Shown here piece by piece: positions 48,482 through 58,472 of a DNA stretch of 64,000 bases; position 1 is the stretch's first letter, and each line of letters begins with the position of its first letter. The DNA lies in assembly GCA_964354985.1 (NCBI GenBank), contig CAYHBR010000001.1:18407-82406 (forward strand). Reading direction: 5' to 3'. Source of the DNA: an uncultured Candidatus Saccharibacteria bacterium. Its GTDB lineage: Bacteria; Patescibacteriota; Minisyncoccia; Phycocordibacterales; UBA9973. The notes beneath the pieces were generated by a model. That model did no database searches. It was not told the origin of the DNA and saw only the letters and a program-made list of their open reading frames with translations. The position numbers and the translations under genes were made by a program.

Positions 48482-50323
48482 CTAAGATTTAGACTTGCGG
48501 AGACGGAACACGAACTCGTAGCCCGGAGAACACACAAAACCCTGCGACGCCCAACTGTAGTACAGCCACAAACCAACACCGTCGCGTCCGAGAAAGAAGA
48601 CGTACGAGTCACCGTCAGAGTCAGTAATTTGCTTCATTCCAATACGCACCCATTCATTGAGGGGTTGATCTTTGTATTTGAGGCGATAATTCGGACCAGT
48701 ATCGGGTGGACATAATTCTAAACCAAGCTTTTGCGCTCGCTCAAATATTTGGTCAGTTGTGGCATTTGTCTTGAATCCAAGATCGGCGACAGTGAGGCGG
48801 ATGAGGGTGGCTTCTTCTTGATTCTTCCCTGGAATAAAGTCCGGGTTTTTCATCATGGATTTTGCGTAATCAGAAATGTTGATTTTAGCAGTCTCCATTT
48901 CGGAAATGAGCTGTTCTGCTGTCTTTCCGCCGATCACAATGTTCTCTCTGCGGATTTTCTTGTCAGGAAAAGACGTGTACACATGCTCAAGATTTTCCGG
49001 CAATTTTTGAAAGATTCCTGGCTCAAGCTGGCCAACATAGGCTTTGGTATTTTCGTCTATTTCGCTAGGTACGTGGGCAATTTGATCTTTACTGCAATCA
49101 AAAATGACGAGCATGTCTGCCTCGGTATTTCTGCCTGCGCGAAGTTCGGCAATACGCGGGTCGGTCTGGTAACCGAAACCTTCGATTGAGGAGTTTATTT
49201 CATACAAGAATATCAAATCGTCTTTATTGAACGGCTCTTCCTGTTCACGCTTCTGGTCGAGAGCAGTAAGCATTTTCATGTCATTGCTTTTCTTTCGGTA
49301 CGCATCTGCTTCACCACCAAAATCCTGGAGTTTTGTATCAAGCGCTTCCTGCATAATTGGCTCTACTCCCTGGTGCGGCAGAACACCCCGAACTTCGCCG
49401 ATTCGGTTATCGCCATCCATGCGGATGGCAAGACGAGGCTGGGTCGGCTCACCATTTGAGTCGTTCGTATAGAAAACATAGAAGTCGCCATTTTCGATTT
49501 GCGCTTCAGCAGTTGCCTGACCGGCAGTACACCAACCAGTACCCTTACCATCGAGCGAATCATATAATTTTTCAGCGGCGCCGTCTTCGCCTTGTTCATA
49601 TTTTTTCCATTCACCTTTGACTTCCTCGCGGTTCTCCATTGAAGCGGCGAGAGATTTTGAAATGAGTTCGGCGTATAAGCTCGGAAACTTTTGAGAAAAG
49701 GCTTCGCGGATCTCGGGTTCTTTGAGATTTTTATTATCCTCCTTAACTTTAAGATAAATGTCGGCGATTTGCGCCAACGGCTCACGGTAGATATCGGGGT
49801 ATGGTGCAACAGTACTATCGGTACGCTTTTTGAACTCGCCACGCTCTTTGTCGAATTGGGAAAGTTTGGTGATATTTTTCCAAACAAAGTATTTGAACCA
49901 TGCAGGATACATGGCATCGTCTGAAGTAAGGTAGTCCATCCATGAATCAAGTGATGCACGTTGATCTTCAATGGCAACATTCATCATCTGCTCGCGGACA
50001 TTTTCTGGTATTTCCTCTACCGATTGTCCTCGTTCGCGGGCAATGCGTTTCTGCAACTCAAAATATGATTCAGGAAAATTCTCCTTCTTTATGATGAACG
50101 CATCATAGATTTTATCGCGAAACATTTCGAGATTGCGTTCGCGTTTCTTTTCGTCAGGGTTGAGAAAAACATTCTCCAAACGATCCATATAAGCCTCAAT
50201 ACGCTCGGAAGGATCGTTAGGCATTTTTTCGCCAGTGTGACGTTCTTCTCGTACAACGGCTCGATTTACCTCAGGAGAAGTTTGGAGTTCTGGGCTCTTA
50301 ATGTGGAGTGGATGCTTTTCCAT
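48482..50323 (-). CDS. DGR-2 target (variable) protein, 613 aa, with a C-terminal CLec-like variable region (VR-2 at 48498..48626)
   Basis: The C-terminus ..DSDGDSYVFFLGRDGVGLWLYYSWASQGFVCSPGYEFVFRLRKSKS is encoded by VR-2. The C-terminal ~200 aa are homologous to the 207-aa DGR-1 target. Confidence 0.8.
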   Translation of the reverse strand: MEKHPLHIKSPELQTSPEVNRAVVREERHTGEKMPNDPSERIEAYMDRLENVFLNPDEKKRERNLEMFRDKIYDAFIIKKENFPESYFELQKRIARERGQSVEEIPENVREQMMNVAIEDQRASLDSWMDYLTSDDAMYPAWFKYFVWKNITKLSQFDKERGEFKKRTDSTVAPYPDIYREPLAQIADIYLKVKEDNKNLKEPEIREAFSQKFPSLYAELISKSLAASMENREEVKGEWKKYEQGEDGAAEKLYDSLDGKGTGWCTAGQATAEAQIENGDFYVFYTNDSNGEPTQPRLAIRMDGDNRIGEVRGVLPHQGVEPIMQEALDTKLQDFGGEADAYRKKSNDMKMLTALDQKREQEEPFNKDDLIFLYEINSSIEGFGYQTDPRIAELRAGRNTEADMLVIFDCSKDQIAHVPSEIDENTKAYVGQLEPGIFQKLPENLEHVYTSFPDKKIRRENIVIGGKTAEQLISEMETAKINISDYAKSMMKNPDFIPGKNQEEATLIRLTVADLGFKTNATTDQIFERAQKLGLELCPPDTGPNYRLKYKDQPLNEWVRIGMKQITDSDGDSYVFFLGRDGVGLWLYYSWASQGFVCSPGYEFVFRLRKSKS

Positions 50324-50378
50324 ATATGGTTCGTATTTTAGCAGATTTAGATGATAAAACGAAAATTTGGATCATGAT

Positions 50379-52415
50379 TTATCTCACCTCCCAACCTTTC
50401 ACTTTCAGCGCTTCAGTCACCTTTTGCATTATCGGCTCTATCTCAGCGTCGGTCAGCGTTTTATCGTTCGATTGAAAAACCGTTCGGAAAGCCACGCTCG
50501 TTTTTCCGTCTTTTGTAAATGTATCGAAAAGTCTCGGACCAGCCACGACAAGCTCGCCGGCATTTTCGCGGATAGTTGTAGCGACAGTTTCGGGGTCAGT
50601 CCCCTCGTTCACCCAAAGAGCAATGTCGCGAACAATGAAAGGATACGACGACCACATTTTGAATTGCCTTACAGTTCCACTTTTTCCATATTTTTTATTT
50701 ATGCCATTTATTGTTTTTTCAATTATGTTATTTTTCGGAAAAATATATTCGGTCGCTGAATGCTCTTTGGTTCCTTCTTCGAGTGTGCATTCTTGCACGC
50801 CTTTTTTGTCAGCCCAGGCAACATGGATTTCTTCGCCCTCGGTACTATCTTTTGGAAAAACCGTCCCGATTTCGAAAAGTTTAATTTCATCCATCTCAAG
50901 TAGTGCGGAATTTTTAACATTAAGGTCATAGGCTTCTTTGAGACCGTCGCTGAGGTTTGTGCGAAGCGCTGATTTATCTTTGGCAGCATAAGCAACTTCT
51001 ATTTCACCTTTCTTGCGGAATGCGTAGGTGAGCACTTCGGAAAAACCAGTCTCAAGAAAATGCGCGCGGGTCATCATTATTTTTGCACTTGTGTCGTTGA
51101 GTTTTGGTGAGAAAACGGCCATGCTTTGACCTACAGAGTTTTCTGTCGCACGCGTAATATCTGGCAAAATGCCGGCGATTTTTTCATAACCATAAACACG
51201 ACCGATTTCATCGGCGATATCGTGCGGACCAGTGAGGTCAGGGCGATTGGAAGGAACTGTTAGCACGAAAGAATTTTTTTTATTTGCATCATTCACGACA
51301 TTTTCATTATTTACTCCGTTGTTACCGCCACGCGTATATATATAACTATACTGTTTCAAAATCTTTTCGGTTTCATCTCCAGAAATATTCGCGCCGAGCA
51401 ATTTATTTATTTCAAAAACAGAAAATGAAACTGTTTTCGGTGAAGCCTGCAAAGATGGCGCTGGATAAACATCAACAATTTCTTCGAAAACTGCGTCGGG
51501 ACACATTTCCAAAATAATTGACGAGAGTTCGAGCATGGCATACGGCGCAAGCTCTGGTGTGAGGTCATTTTCAAAACGCTTTGCGGCATCAGTAAGTAGA
51601 CCAAGCCTGCGTGCAGTTTTGCGAACGGTGACGGGCTCAAAATTGGCGACTTCCAAAACGATGTCTGTGGTGTTTGCATCAACCTCAGCTTTTGTGCCAC
51701 CTTTGACACCAGCGATAGCGAGCACGGCATTGCCACTATCACGCGGACCACTCGTTATCACGAGCTCGTCGTTTTTGAGTGTCGTATATGCATCACTACC
51801 GAGAAGAGTCACGCCTTCGACTGGGTGAATAATATTTCTAGCTACTATTTTTTGTGAGCCATCTGATTCGGTTTCAATTTTCCGTGTATCAAAAGCATGT
51901 GTCGGCTGACCAGTATTGAAAAGCACGAGGTTTGTGGCATCGACAATGTTGTTGATCGAGCGCTGGCCGATTGATTCGAGATGCGTGACAACCCAAGCTG
52001 GCGATGGACCGATTTTTATATTGCGAACAATGCGTCCCATATAGCGACGAGCTCGATCGTCTTCTATTTCAACAACGAGTTTCGTCGCGACTGATTCGGG
52101 AACTTTATAGTGCGGAGTCGGATCGTTATATGGAATATTGAGCAAACCAGAAAGTTCGCGCGCGACACCCATGTGCGAAAGCAAGTCGTGTGCACGGTCT
52201 GGCAAAACTTTCAAATCGAAAATCCAATCCTTTTGCATTTTTGTTTCGCCGTTTTTGGTGCCGTTTTTGGTGCCGTTTTTTTCATCTGAAATCTTTTGCT
52301 CGATCTCGTCGATCGATTCTATTTCGCAAACATGAAAAGTAAAAACCTCCGCCAATTTTTCGGGAGCCGGAATTTCGGGAACATACCATTTGAGCCAGTT
52401 GTAGGAGATTTTCAT
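50379..52415 (-). CDS. pheT: Phenylalanyl-tRNA synthetase beta subunit (likely start MKISYNWLKWYVP)
   Basis: A canonical PheT N-terminus, a B3/4 domain, and a C-terminal ferredoxin-fold anticodon-binding domain. Confidence 0.85.
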   Translation of the reverse strand: MKISYNWLKWYVPEIPAPEKLAEVFTFHVCEIESIDEIEQKISDEKNGTKNGTKNGETKMQKDWIFDLKVLPDRAHDLLSHMGVARELSGLLNIPYNDPTPHYKVPESVATKLVVEIEDDRARRYMGRIVRNIKIGPSPAWVVTHLESIGQRSINNIVDATNLVLFNTGQPTHAFDTRKIETESDGSQKIVARNIIHPVEGVTLLGSDAYTTLKNDELVITSGPRDSGNAVLAIAGVKGGTKAEVDANTTDIVLEVANFEPVTVRKTARRLGLLTDAAKRFENDLTPELAPYAMLELSSIILEMCPDAVFEEIVDVYPAPSLQASPKTVSFSVFEINKLLGANISGDETEKILKQYSYIYTRGGNNGVNNENVVNDANKKNSFVLTVPSNRPDLTGPHDIADEIGRVYGYEKIAGILPDITRATENSVGQSMAVFSPKLNDTSAKIMMTRAHFLETGFSEVLTYAFRKKGEIEVAYAAKDKSALRTNLSDGLKEAYDLNVKNSALLEMDEIKLFEIGTVFPKDSTEGEEIHVAWADKKGVQECTLEEGTKEHSATEYIFPKNNIIEKTINGINKKYGKSGTVRQFKMWSSYPFIVRDIALWVNEGTDPETVATTIRENAGELVVAGPRLFDTFTKDGKTSVAFRTVFQSNDKTLTDAEIEPIMQKVTEALKVKGWEVR

Positions 52416-52428
52416 AATATATATAAAA

Positions 52429-53154
52429 TTAAATTTGATTGAAGCGAAGGTCCCCATGATACGCCGGTCTTATATCTGGCATGCTGTAGCGGATTTTCAT
52501 CAAGCGGTCGGCGCCCATACCAAAAGCAAAACCCTGCCATTCTTTCGGGTCGATCCCGGCCGATTCCAAAACTTTCGGATGAAACATACCAGCGCCGAGA
52601 ACTTCGAGCCACTTGTCGCCGACTTTGACATCGACTTCAACACCGGGCTCGACAAACGGAAAAAACGACGGACGCAAACGAACTTCGGTAGCGTCGCCAA
52701 AAAATTGTTTCATAAAATGATCGAGCACACCCTTGAGATTTGCGAGAGTGATATCTTTGCCGATCATGACGCCGTCGATCTGATAAAACTGTGTTTCGTG
52801 TGTCGCGTCTGTGGCTTCGTTGCGGAAAACTTTGCCAAAAGAAACAAAAGCACATGGCAAGCGACCTTCTTCGGCAGCGCGTTTGATCGAGCGAAGTGAA
52901 GTGTTGGTATTGTGTGTACGCATGACGAAACCGGGTTTGTCTTTAATGTGATATGTGTCCTGCATGTCGCGAGCGGGATGGTCTTTGGGAACATTGAGCG
53001 CATCAAAGTTGAACCATTCACTTTCGAGTTCAGGCCCATTGGCAGTTTCAAAACCGAGATCGTTTAAAATACGTACGGCTTCAAAACCCGTGTGCATAAG
53101 CGGGTGTTCGCGACCAAGGATTTGGGGGGTATTTTTATTATTCTGATCTGCCAT
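52429..53154 (-). CDS. pheS: Phenylalanyl-tRNA synthetase alpha subunit (minimal, 241 aa)
   Basis: Class II motifs (..FRNEATDATHETQFYQIDG.., GFAFGMGADRLMKIRY). It lies upstream of pheT. Confidence 0.85.
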   Translation of the reverse strand: MADQNNKNTPQILGREHPLMHTGFEAVRILNDLGFETANGPELESEWFNFDALNVPKDHPARDMQDTYHIKDKPGFVMRTHNTNTSLRSIKRAAEEGRLPCAFVSFGKVFRNEATDATHETQFYQIDGVMIGKDITLANLKGVLDHFMKQFFGDATEVRLRPSFFPFVEPGVEVDVKVGDKWLEVLGAGMFHPKVLESAGIDPKEWQGFAFGMGADRLMKIRYSMPDIRPAYHGDLRFNQI

Positions 53155-53321
53155 ATATAGAGCCCATTATACACGATTGGGCTTGGTTATAAAGGTCGGC
53201 GAGACTATAATATAGCCATGAAAAAATGGCTATTTATTTTTGCTATCGCGCTCCTTATTTTGGGTTTGTATTTGGGCTGGCTAGATAATGGTCCGAGGTG
53301 GTAAAATATAATTTTTAATAA

Positions 53322-56300
53322 CTATTTATACATCTCTGCAATCTTGCAGTATGGGCACTCTTTTTCTTTGCCACCATAACCCTTCCAGTTGCAGGGACGC
53401 TCCGTCCAAGTTCCATCTTTCATCGACAAATCATAGTCTTTGATGTCTTTTACTAAAAGAGAAATTTGTTCTTCGTTGATAGCCGTCTGATAAATCATTT
53501 TCTTAGCATCAATTTCTTCCACATAACACAAACGAGAAAGTTCGACTTTTTGATTCCCTGCTTTGTTTTTTCCATTGATATTATTTTCGATTAAGTATGA
53601 ATACATGGCAAGTTGTCTCATATAATCAGACAAACGACCTTCGTCATCAAGCCTTTCGACATCTTTCGCTGTCCGAGTTTTGCCAGTTTTAAAGTCTGTC
53701 ACGCGGAGCGCTTCACTGCTATCACTTTCTATCAAGTCAATCTTGCCAGTAATTATTAAGTCCGGAGCTTCTGGATCTCTGTATGAAAAAGATTTTTCAC
53801 TCTCGCGCATTTCCCATAAGTCAGGCAATTGATTTTCAACAAATCTAACAACAGCGCTGTTGGCTTCTTTAGAAAATCTTGAGATTGTATTCATATCAAC
53901 AATATTGCATTTGTCGATTGCTGATTTTACAGCTTCCAATATCTCATTTTTTGAAGGAGTATTTTCATTTTTTATTATTTGCTCAATCGCCCCATGAACA
54001 ATACTGCCAAATTGCAGACTCTCCGACTGGGGTTCAGGTATTTGTAAAAAAGATTTGAAATACCATTTCCACGGGCAATCATAGAAAGTATTAAGAAGAG
54101 TGACTGAAACTTTTTTACTTGAGTATTCGAGGGCAACAAGTTCTTGAAGCTCTTTTTTGGAAAGTGGTTTATCTTCCGTTTTTGATGTATTCACGAAAAG
54201 GAGTGGGTCATTTTCCAAAATTTCATTTTCTGTTTTGACGCTATTCCGGAAATCAAAAGTGCCGTCAGGCAATGCTTCGAGGATTGATGCTATTTTTTCT
54301 GGTGAACCACTGTGAGACAAAAGTGAATATGAGATAGTGCAAAACTTTTTCGCGCGAGTGATAGCAACATAGAGTTCGCGTTTTGCGACCGACTCATCTT
54401 TCTTTTCGATTTTACTAGAAAGGGATTCTGGCAAACTAAAACCTGACTTATTTGAGCCCATTAAAGAACGCTCACCTATATGGGCCACCCAAACCACTTC
54501 AAATTCTAGTCCTTTCGAGCCATGTAAAGTCATAACCTGTATTCCGTCATTTGAACCGAAAATAGCAAGTGGAATATTTTCGCCGTACTCTTCAAGACGA
54601 GAAACGTACTGCAGGAAATCAGAGAGACTAGCTTTCGGGTTTCTTTCTATTAGAGTTAGCGCCAGATGCAACATTGAGCGAATGATCTCTATACGTTTGA
54701 TGTAAACTTCGTGAGACGACACACTGTCAGTAAAAAAATCGCTTCCGATAGTTTGAATAATATTGTAAATACTTTTTTCTTTTGTCTCTAATATTATGTT
54801 TTCTATTTTTTTGCCAAAGAAAGAAGTGTCTTCATTTTGAAGCAAACTGTTTAGCGAAATTTTATAGGAATTTGTATCATAAAGAAAACGATGAGCAAGA
54901 ATAGGATTTATGTTTGAGATAGGATCGAGTACCAATTCCGCAACTGAAGTATTGTCGTAAGGATTATTTACTACTTTTAATATCTTTAAAAAAGTACCGA
55001 CTTCTGGAATATCAAAAAGTCGAAGTGATTGGTTTGAAGAGACAGGTAAACCCATATCGCGTAAAATAGTAATCGCATTTCTGACTTGTGCATTTTTAGG
55101 AACAAGCAAAGCGCATTCTTTAGCCGGAACCCCGCTGGCTATTTTTTCTTTAAATAATAGCCCCGCATTAATAATTTCATCACGCGGATATTTTGTCTCA
55201 ACAAGCGAAATCGGATGACTAAAAGCATCGTGTGATTCGAGCTTTCCGATTGAAAGAGAACTCGACAAGAGTGCGTCTGCCACATCGAGAATGTTTTGAG
55301 TTGAACGATAGTTTTCTATAAGCGTGATTACTTTTGTGCCGATAAAAGTTTCGACAAACTCCTTGAAATGAGAAAGCTTGGCCCCGCCAAAACCATAGAT
55401 AAGTTGCCTATCATCCCCAACAACAAAAATATTGGCTTGCTCTACTCCGCCCCAAACAAGTTTTAGAAATTCATTTTGAATACCTGATGAATCTTGGTGT
55501 TCATCCACCAAAACATAAAGGTAACGCTCACGGAGTGATGCGACGGCATCCTGCGACTCGCCGACAATTTTTATTAGAAAAGAAAGAATGTCGTCATAGT
55601 CCATAACATTTTTTTCACGCTTTTCTTGCTCGTAAAGTTCATAAAACTTCACCACCTCACGGGTACGAGCAAGACTATCCAGTCTGTTTTGTATTTCTTT
55701 TTTTATCTGGCCCTTTGTTTCACCGCGAGAAGAAAGACTGCTTGGATCGTCCGAAATAGTCGCAATTTCTTTTTCTATTTCAATTAAAAAATTTTCGGGC
55801 GACATCCCCTCTCTTCTCAAAAGTGAAATCAACGACTTTAGGTCGTGATAATACATTGAGCTGTTTCCGCGAGGTCTAAGATATTCCCAATCATTAGTAT
55901 TTAAAATATGATCGAAAAGTGAAATAGTTTCAGAGTCTTCGAGAGTTGTCGGCGCTTTCTGTAAACCAATATGAGCATAGAATTCTTCTATTATTTTTGT
56001 ACCAAAAGAGTGATAAGTATTTATCTCTACCTTACTCGAATCCGCGCCAATATATTTACGCAACCTCTGGCGCATTGCCTCAACGCCGGACTTTGTGAAA
56101 GTAAGGCAAAGGATTCCGTCGGCAGGAGCAAGGTTATTGTTTATTATGTTAGCTATTCGGAGAGACAGGATTTGAGTTTTCCCTGTGCCGGGTCCCGCGA
56201 TAACCATAACCGGCCCCTCGGTCGTGCCTGCAGCCTTCTTTTGGGCAACATTGAGCTTGTCATAGGCCTCTATAAAGTTTTTTCTGTAAGCATCTTGCAT

Positions 56301-56333
56301 TTGAGCATTATAGCGTACTTGGATTTTAGACAC
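53322..56333 (-). CDS. UvrD/PcrA-like SF1 helicase fused to a C-terminal PD-(D/E)xK (RecB/Cas4-like) nuclease domain with a 4-Cys cluster
   Basis: N-terminal Walker A (GPGTGKTQ) and UvrD motifs (..VLVDEHQD.., VGDDRQLIYGFGGA). The C-terminus has CPWKWYF...C-x-C...CPYC, consistent with an Fe-S-binding nuclease. Confidence 0.75.
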   Translation of the reverse strand: MSKIQVRYNAQMQDAYRKNFIEAYDKLNVAQKKAAGTTEGPVMVIAGPGTGKTQILSLRIANIINNNLAPADGILCLTFTKSGVEAMRQRLRKYIGADSSKVEINTYHSFGTKIIEEFYAHIGLQKAPTTLEDSETISLFDHILNTNDWEYLRPRGNSSMYYHDLKSLISLLRREGMSPENFLIEIEKEIATISDDPSSLSSRGETKGQIKKEIQNRLDSLARTREVVKFYELYEQEKREKNVMDYDDILSFLIKIVGESQDAVASLRERYLYVLVDEHQDSSGIQNEFLKLVWGGVEQANIFVVGDDRQLIYGFGGAKLSHFKEFVETFIGTKVITLIENYRSTQNILDVADALLSSSLSIGKLESHDAFSHPISLVETKYPRDEIINAGLLFKEKIASGVPAKECALLVPKNAQVRNAITILRDMGLPVSSNQSLRLFDIPEVGTFLKILKVVNNPYDNTSVAELVLDPISNINPILAHRFLYDTNSYKISLNSLLQNEDTSFFGKKIENIILETKEKSIYNIIQTIGSDFFTDSVSSHEVYIKRIEIIRSMLHLALTLIERNPKASLSDFLQYVSRLEEYGENIPLAIFGSNDGIQVMTLHGSKGLEFEVVWVAHIGERSLMGSNKSGFSLPESLSSKIEKKDESVAKRELYVAITRAKKFCTISYSLLSHSGSPEKIASILEALPDGTFDFRNSVKTENEILENDPLLFVNTSKTEDKPLSKKELQELVALEYSSKKVSVTLLNTFYDCPWKWYFKSFLQIPEPQSESLQFGSIVHGAIEQIIKNENTPSKNEILEAVKSAIDKCNIVDMNTISRFSKEANSAVVRFVENQLPDLWEMRESEKSFSYRDPEAPDLIITGKIDLIESDSSEALRVTDFKTGKTRTAKDVERLDDEGRLSDYMRQLAMYSYLIENNINGKNKAGNQKVELSRLCYVEEIDAKKMIYQTAINEEQISLLVKDIKDYDLSMKDGTWTERPCNWKGYGGKEKECPYCKIAEMYK

Positions 56334-56437
56334 TATTTATAACCACCAAAGCAAGGTTTTTTATAACAGAATCGCGTTATTTGACAATAATAAATACAGG
56401 TGTATAATGTGGGCTCATTCTTTAAAAAACTAAAAAC

Positions 56438-56779
56438 ATGAAAGTTAAGAAGATCAACACCGCCCTAGCAAATTTCTTTAAAAATTTTAATGGTGGTTTA
56501 TCAAAACCATCGATTGAAGAAATCCGAGTTGAAATCAGAAATTATATCGATGACCGAAAAGCCGGTGCAACAGTTGCCCTACTCGAGTCGATAAAATCTG
56601 CGGGTTCAACACCCAAAAAGGTGGGAGAAATTTATGCCGAACAAGTTCTCGAAAAAGAACTTGCGGAAAAAAAATTAAACAAACACGAGTATGAAAAAAA
56701 ATTCACTAAACTTTCAAAAGAGTTTTGTGAACTGATAACTACTGCCGACATGGCTTGGCGAAGTTTTAGTCGGAATTAA
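56438..56779 (+). CDS. hypothetical protein (113 aa)
   Basis: A clean ORF followed by a terminator. Confidence 0.4.
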   Translation: MKVKKINTALANFFKNFNGGLSKPSIEEIRVEIRNYIDDRKAGATVALLESIKSAGSTPKKVGEIYAEQVLEKELAEKKLNKHEYEKKFTKLSKEFCELITTADMAWRSFSRN

Positions 56780-56801
56780 AAAAAATTAAATATATCCACA
56801 A

Positions 56802-56830
56802 ATCCCCAGCACAAGCCGGGGATTTTTTAT
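56802..56830 (+). terminator. Rho-independent terminator
   Basis: CCCCAGCacaaGCCGGGG followed by TTTTTT. Confidence 0.6.
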
Positions 56831-56878
56831 TTTATATTTTGCTTATAAATTATTCGGAAAATTTGTGCGGAATCAAAA

Positions 56879-57991
56879 CTACTTTGCAATAGTATTTTCA
56901 AAAGCCTTTAATATACCTAGTACAATATTTGCTTGGTCGGATTTTGAAAGTTTTTCACCCTTTGAGAGAGTTGCATTTTCTAGGATAGTTTCTGGTGTAA
57001 CTTTTCCACCAGTTGCGCTGGAAATAAATTTATACCAAGGATATTTTACACTTGCTGTACCGTCAGCATTTACAACAGCATGAACATTCATTTTTACAGG
57101 AAGCAATCCGAAAAGTTTACCTTTTTGCTTATAGACAGCTTCTGTCCTGCTTCCATCAGTCACGACACTTTTAACATTTACATCACCAGCAATAGCTAGA
57201 GTAATAAATGACTTGAGTGAATCTTCGCTTTTAACGGTTGTGACAACAGGAAGCTCTTTACCCTTATCTTCTTCTTTAACATCGTTTTGAGTAATCGTTA
57301 TTGGAACACCAATAGATGCAGCCACTCCCGCAATTGCATCTTTTACACTTGTTCCATTTTTTAAACACTCAGCAGATTTATCAAGAAAATTGCGGATTTT
57401 TTCATCACGAACTTTGTTTACTCCGCCATCTCTGTATTCGGACATAAGATCAAGATATGAACCACGGATAGCGGCCTTGTCACTTGAAGTTGTATCTCCG
57501 TCATCTGAAATAGAACTTGAAATCTCGTCGTAAGAATCTTTTAGTGAGTTGTACTCTTCGGCTTCATCATCGGAAGCATTTTTTGAGGCATCAAGTTTAA
57601 TATTTTTTGAGTAACTATCAGATCTCCAAGCAAGACTAGCTTTCTCTTCTGGTGAAAGAGTTGCGACTGCTCCAGAAATCTTACTGCAGAAATCGGCATC
57701 ACTTACGCCCTCCATTTTTTTAATAAGTGAGTCCACCGCAGAGCTAAGGCCTGCGTTAGTACCAGCAACCACCGTATCGGTGGAACTAGAATCATCGCTA
57801 CTATCTTCTGAGCTATCTTCTAGGTCATTTTCTGAATCGTTTTCTGATTCTGATGAACTTGAGCTTAAGTTCCCTCCTGTAATAACTGAATCATCGAGAC
57901 CTCCGTCTTTTGCAAAAATAAAACTAGGGATACCTACCAAGAGTGACAGCACGCTGATTGTGAGTAAGAATTTTCGCATATTTTTAATCAT
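56879..57991 (-). CDS. Secreted acidic low-complexity protein (370 aa)
   Basis: Signal peptide MRKFLLTISVLSLLVGIPSFIFA followed by S/D/E-rich tracts. Confidence 0.55.
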   Translation of the reverse strand: MIKNMRKFLLTISVLSLLVGIPSFIFAKDGGLDDSVITGGNLSSSSSESENDSENDLEDSSEDSSDDSSSTDTVVAGTNAGLSSAVDSLIKKMEGVSDADFCSKISGAVATLSPEEKASLAWRSDSYSKNIKLDASKNASDDEAEEYNSLKDSYDEISSSISDDGDTTSSDKAAIRGSYLDLMSEYRDGGVNKVRDEKIRNFLDKSAECLKNGTSVKDAIAGVAASIGVPITITQNDVKEEDKGKELPVVTTVKSEDSLKSFITLAIAGDVNVKSVVTDGSRTEAVYKQKGKLFGLLPVKMNVHAVVNADGTASVKYPWYKFISSATGGKVTPETILENATLSKGEKLSKSDQANIVLGILKAFENTIAK

Positions 57992-58085
57992 TATTATTTA
58001 TTAATAGGCCTACTGGCCACTATGTTTAATTATATCAAAGATTGACTTATGTCTATAATTTGGGAAAATCGTGTTTTTTTCATCT

Positions 58086-58115
58086 AAAGCCCCGCCTGTT
58101 TACAGGCGGGGCTTT
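58086..58115. terminator. Strong bidirectional intrinsic terminator
   Basis: AAAGCCCCGCCTG-ttta-CAGGCGGGGCTTT. Confidence 0.7.
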
Positions 58116-58119
58116 GTGT

Positions 58120-58401
58120 TTAATAATTATTTTGATGTTCGCGTCTTGGTCTCTCTTCCATTGGACGAGCGATGTTGACGATCAGTTTTCGGCCTTCAAA
58201 TTCTTTGCCATTCCACATTTCAATGGCTTTGTCCGCACCAGCTTGGTCTGACATTTCGATAAAACCAAAACCGCGTGAGCGTCCGGTCATCTTGTCGGTG
58301 ATAATACGAGCCAATGTTACTTCCCCTGCTCCTGCGAACGCATCGCGAAACGCATCTTCGGTTGTTCCGTAAGGTAAACCGCCAATGTACAATTTTACAC
58401 T
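58120..58401 (-). CDS. RRM-type RNA-binding protein (start at MSVKLYIGGL)
   Basis: RNP-2 KLYIGGL and RNP-1 RGFGFIEM motifs. Confidence 0.8.
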   Translation of the reverse strand, partial: SVKLYIGGLPYGTTEDAFRDAFAGAGEVTLARIITDKMTGRSRGFGFIEMSDQAGADKAIEMWNGKEFEGRKLIVNIARPMEERPRREHQNNY

Positions 58402-58472
58402 CATGAATTTTAAAAACACTAACTAATAAACTATGTAGGGAATATAGCATATAATAAACAATAGGCAACAAT

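Noticed and set aside
53219-53305. Plus-strand 28-aa hydrophobic peptide (MKKWLFIFAIALLILGLYLGWLDNGPRW) between pheS and the helicase gene
   Set aside because: Possible small membrane protein, but too short to support without conservation data, so it is not listed as a feature.
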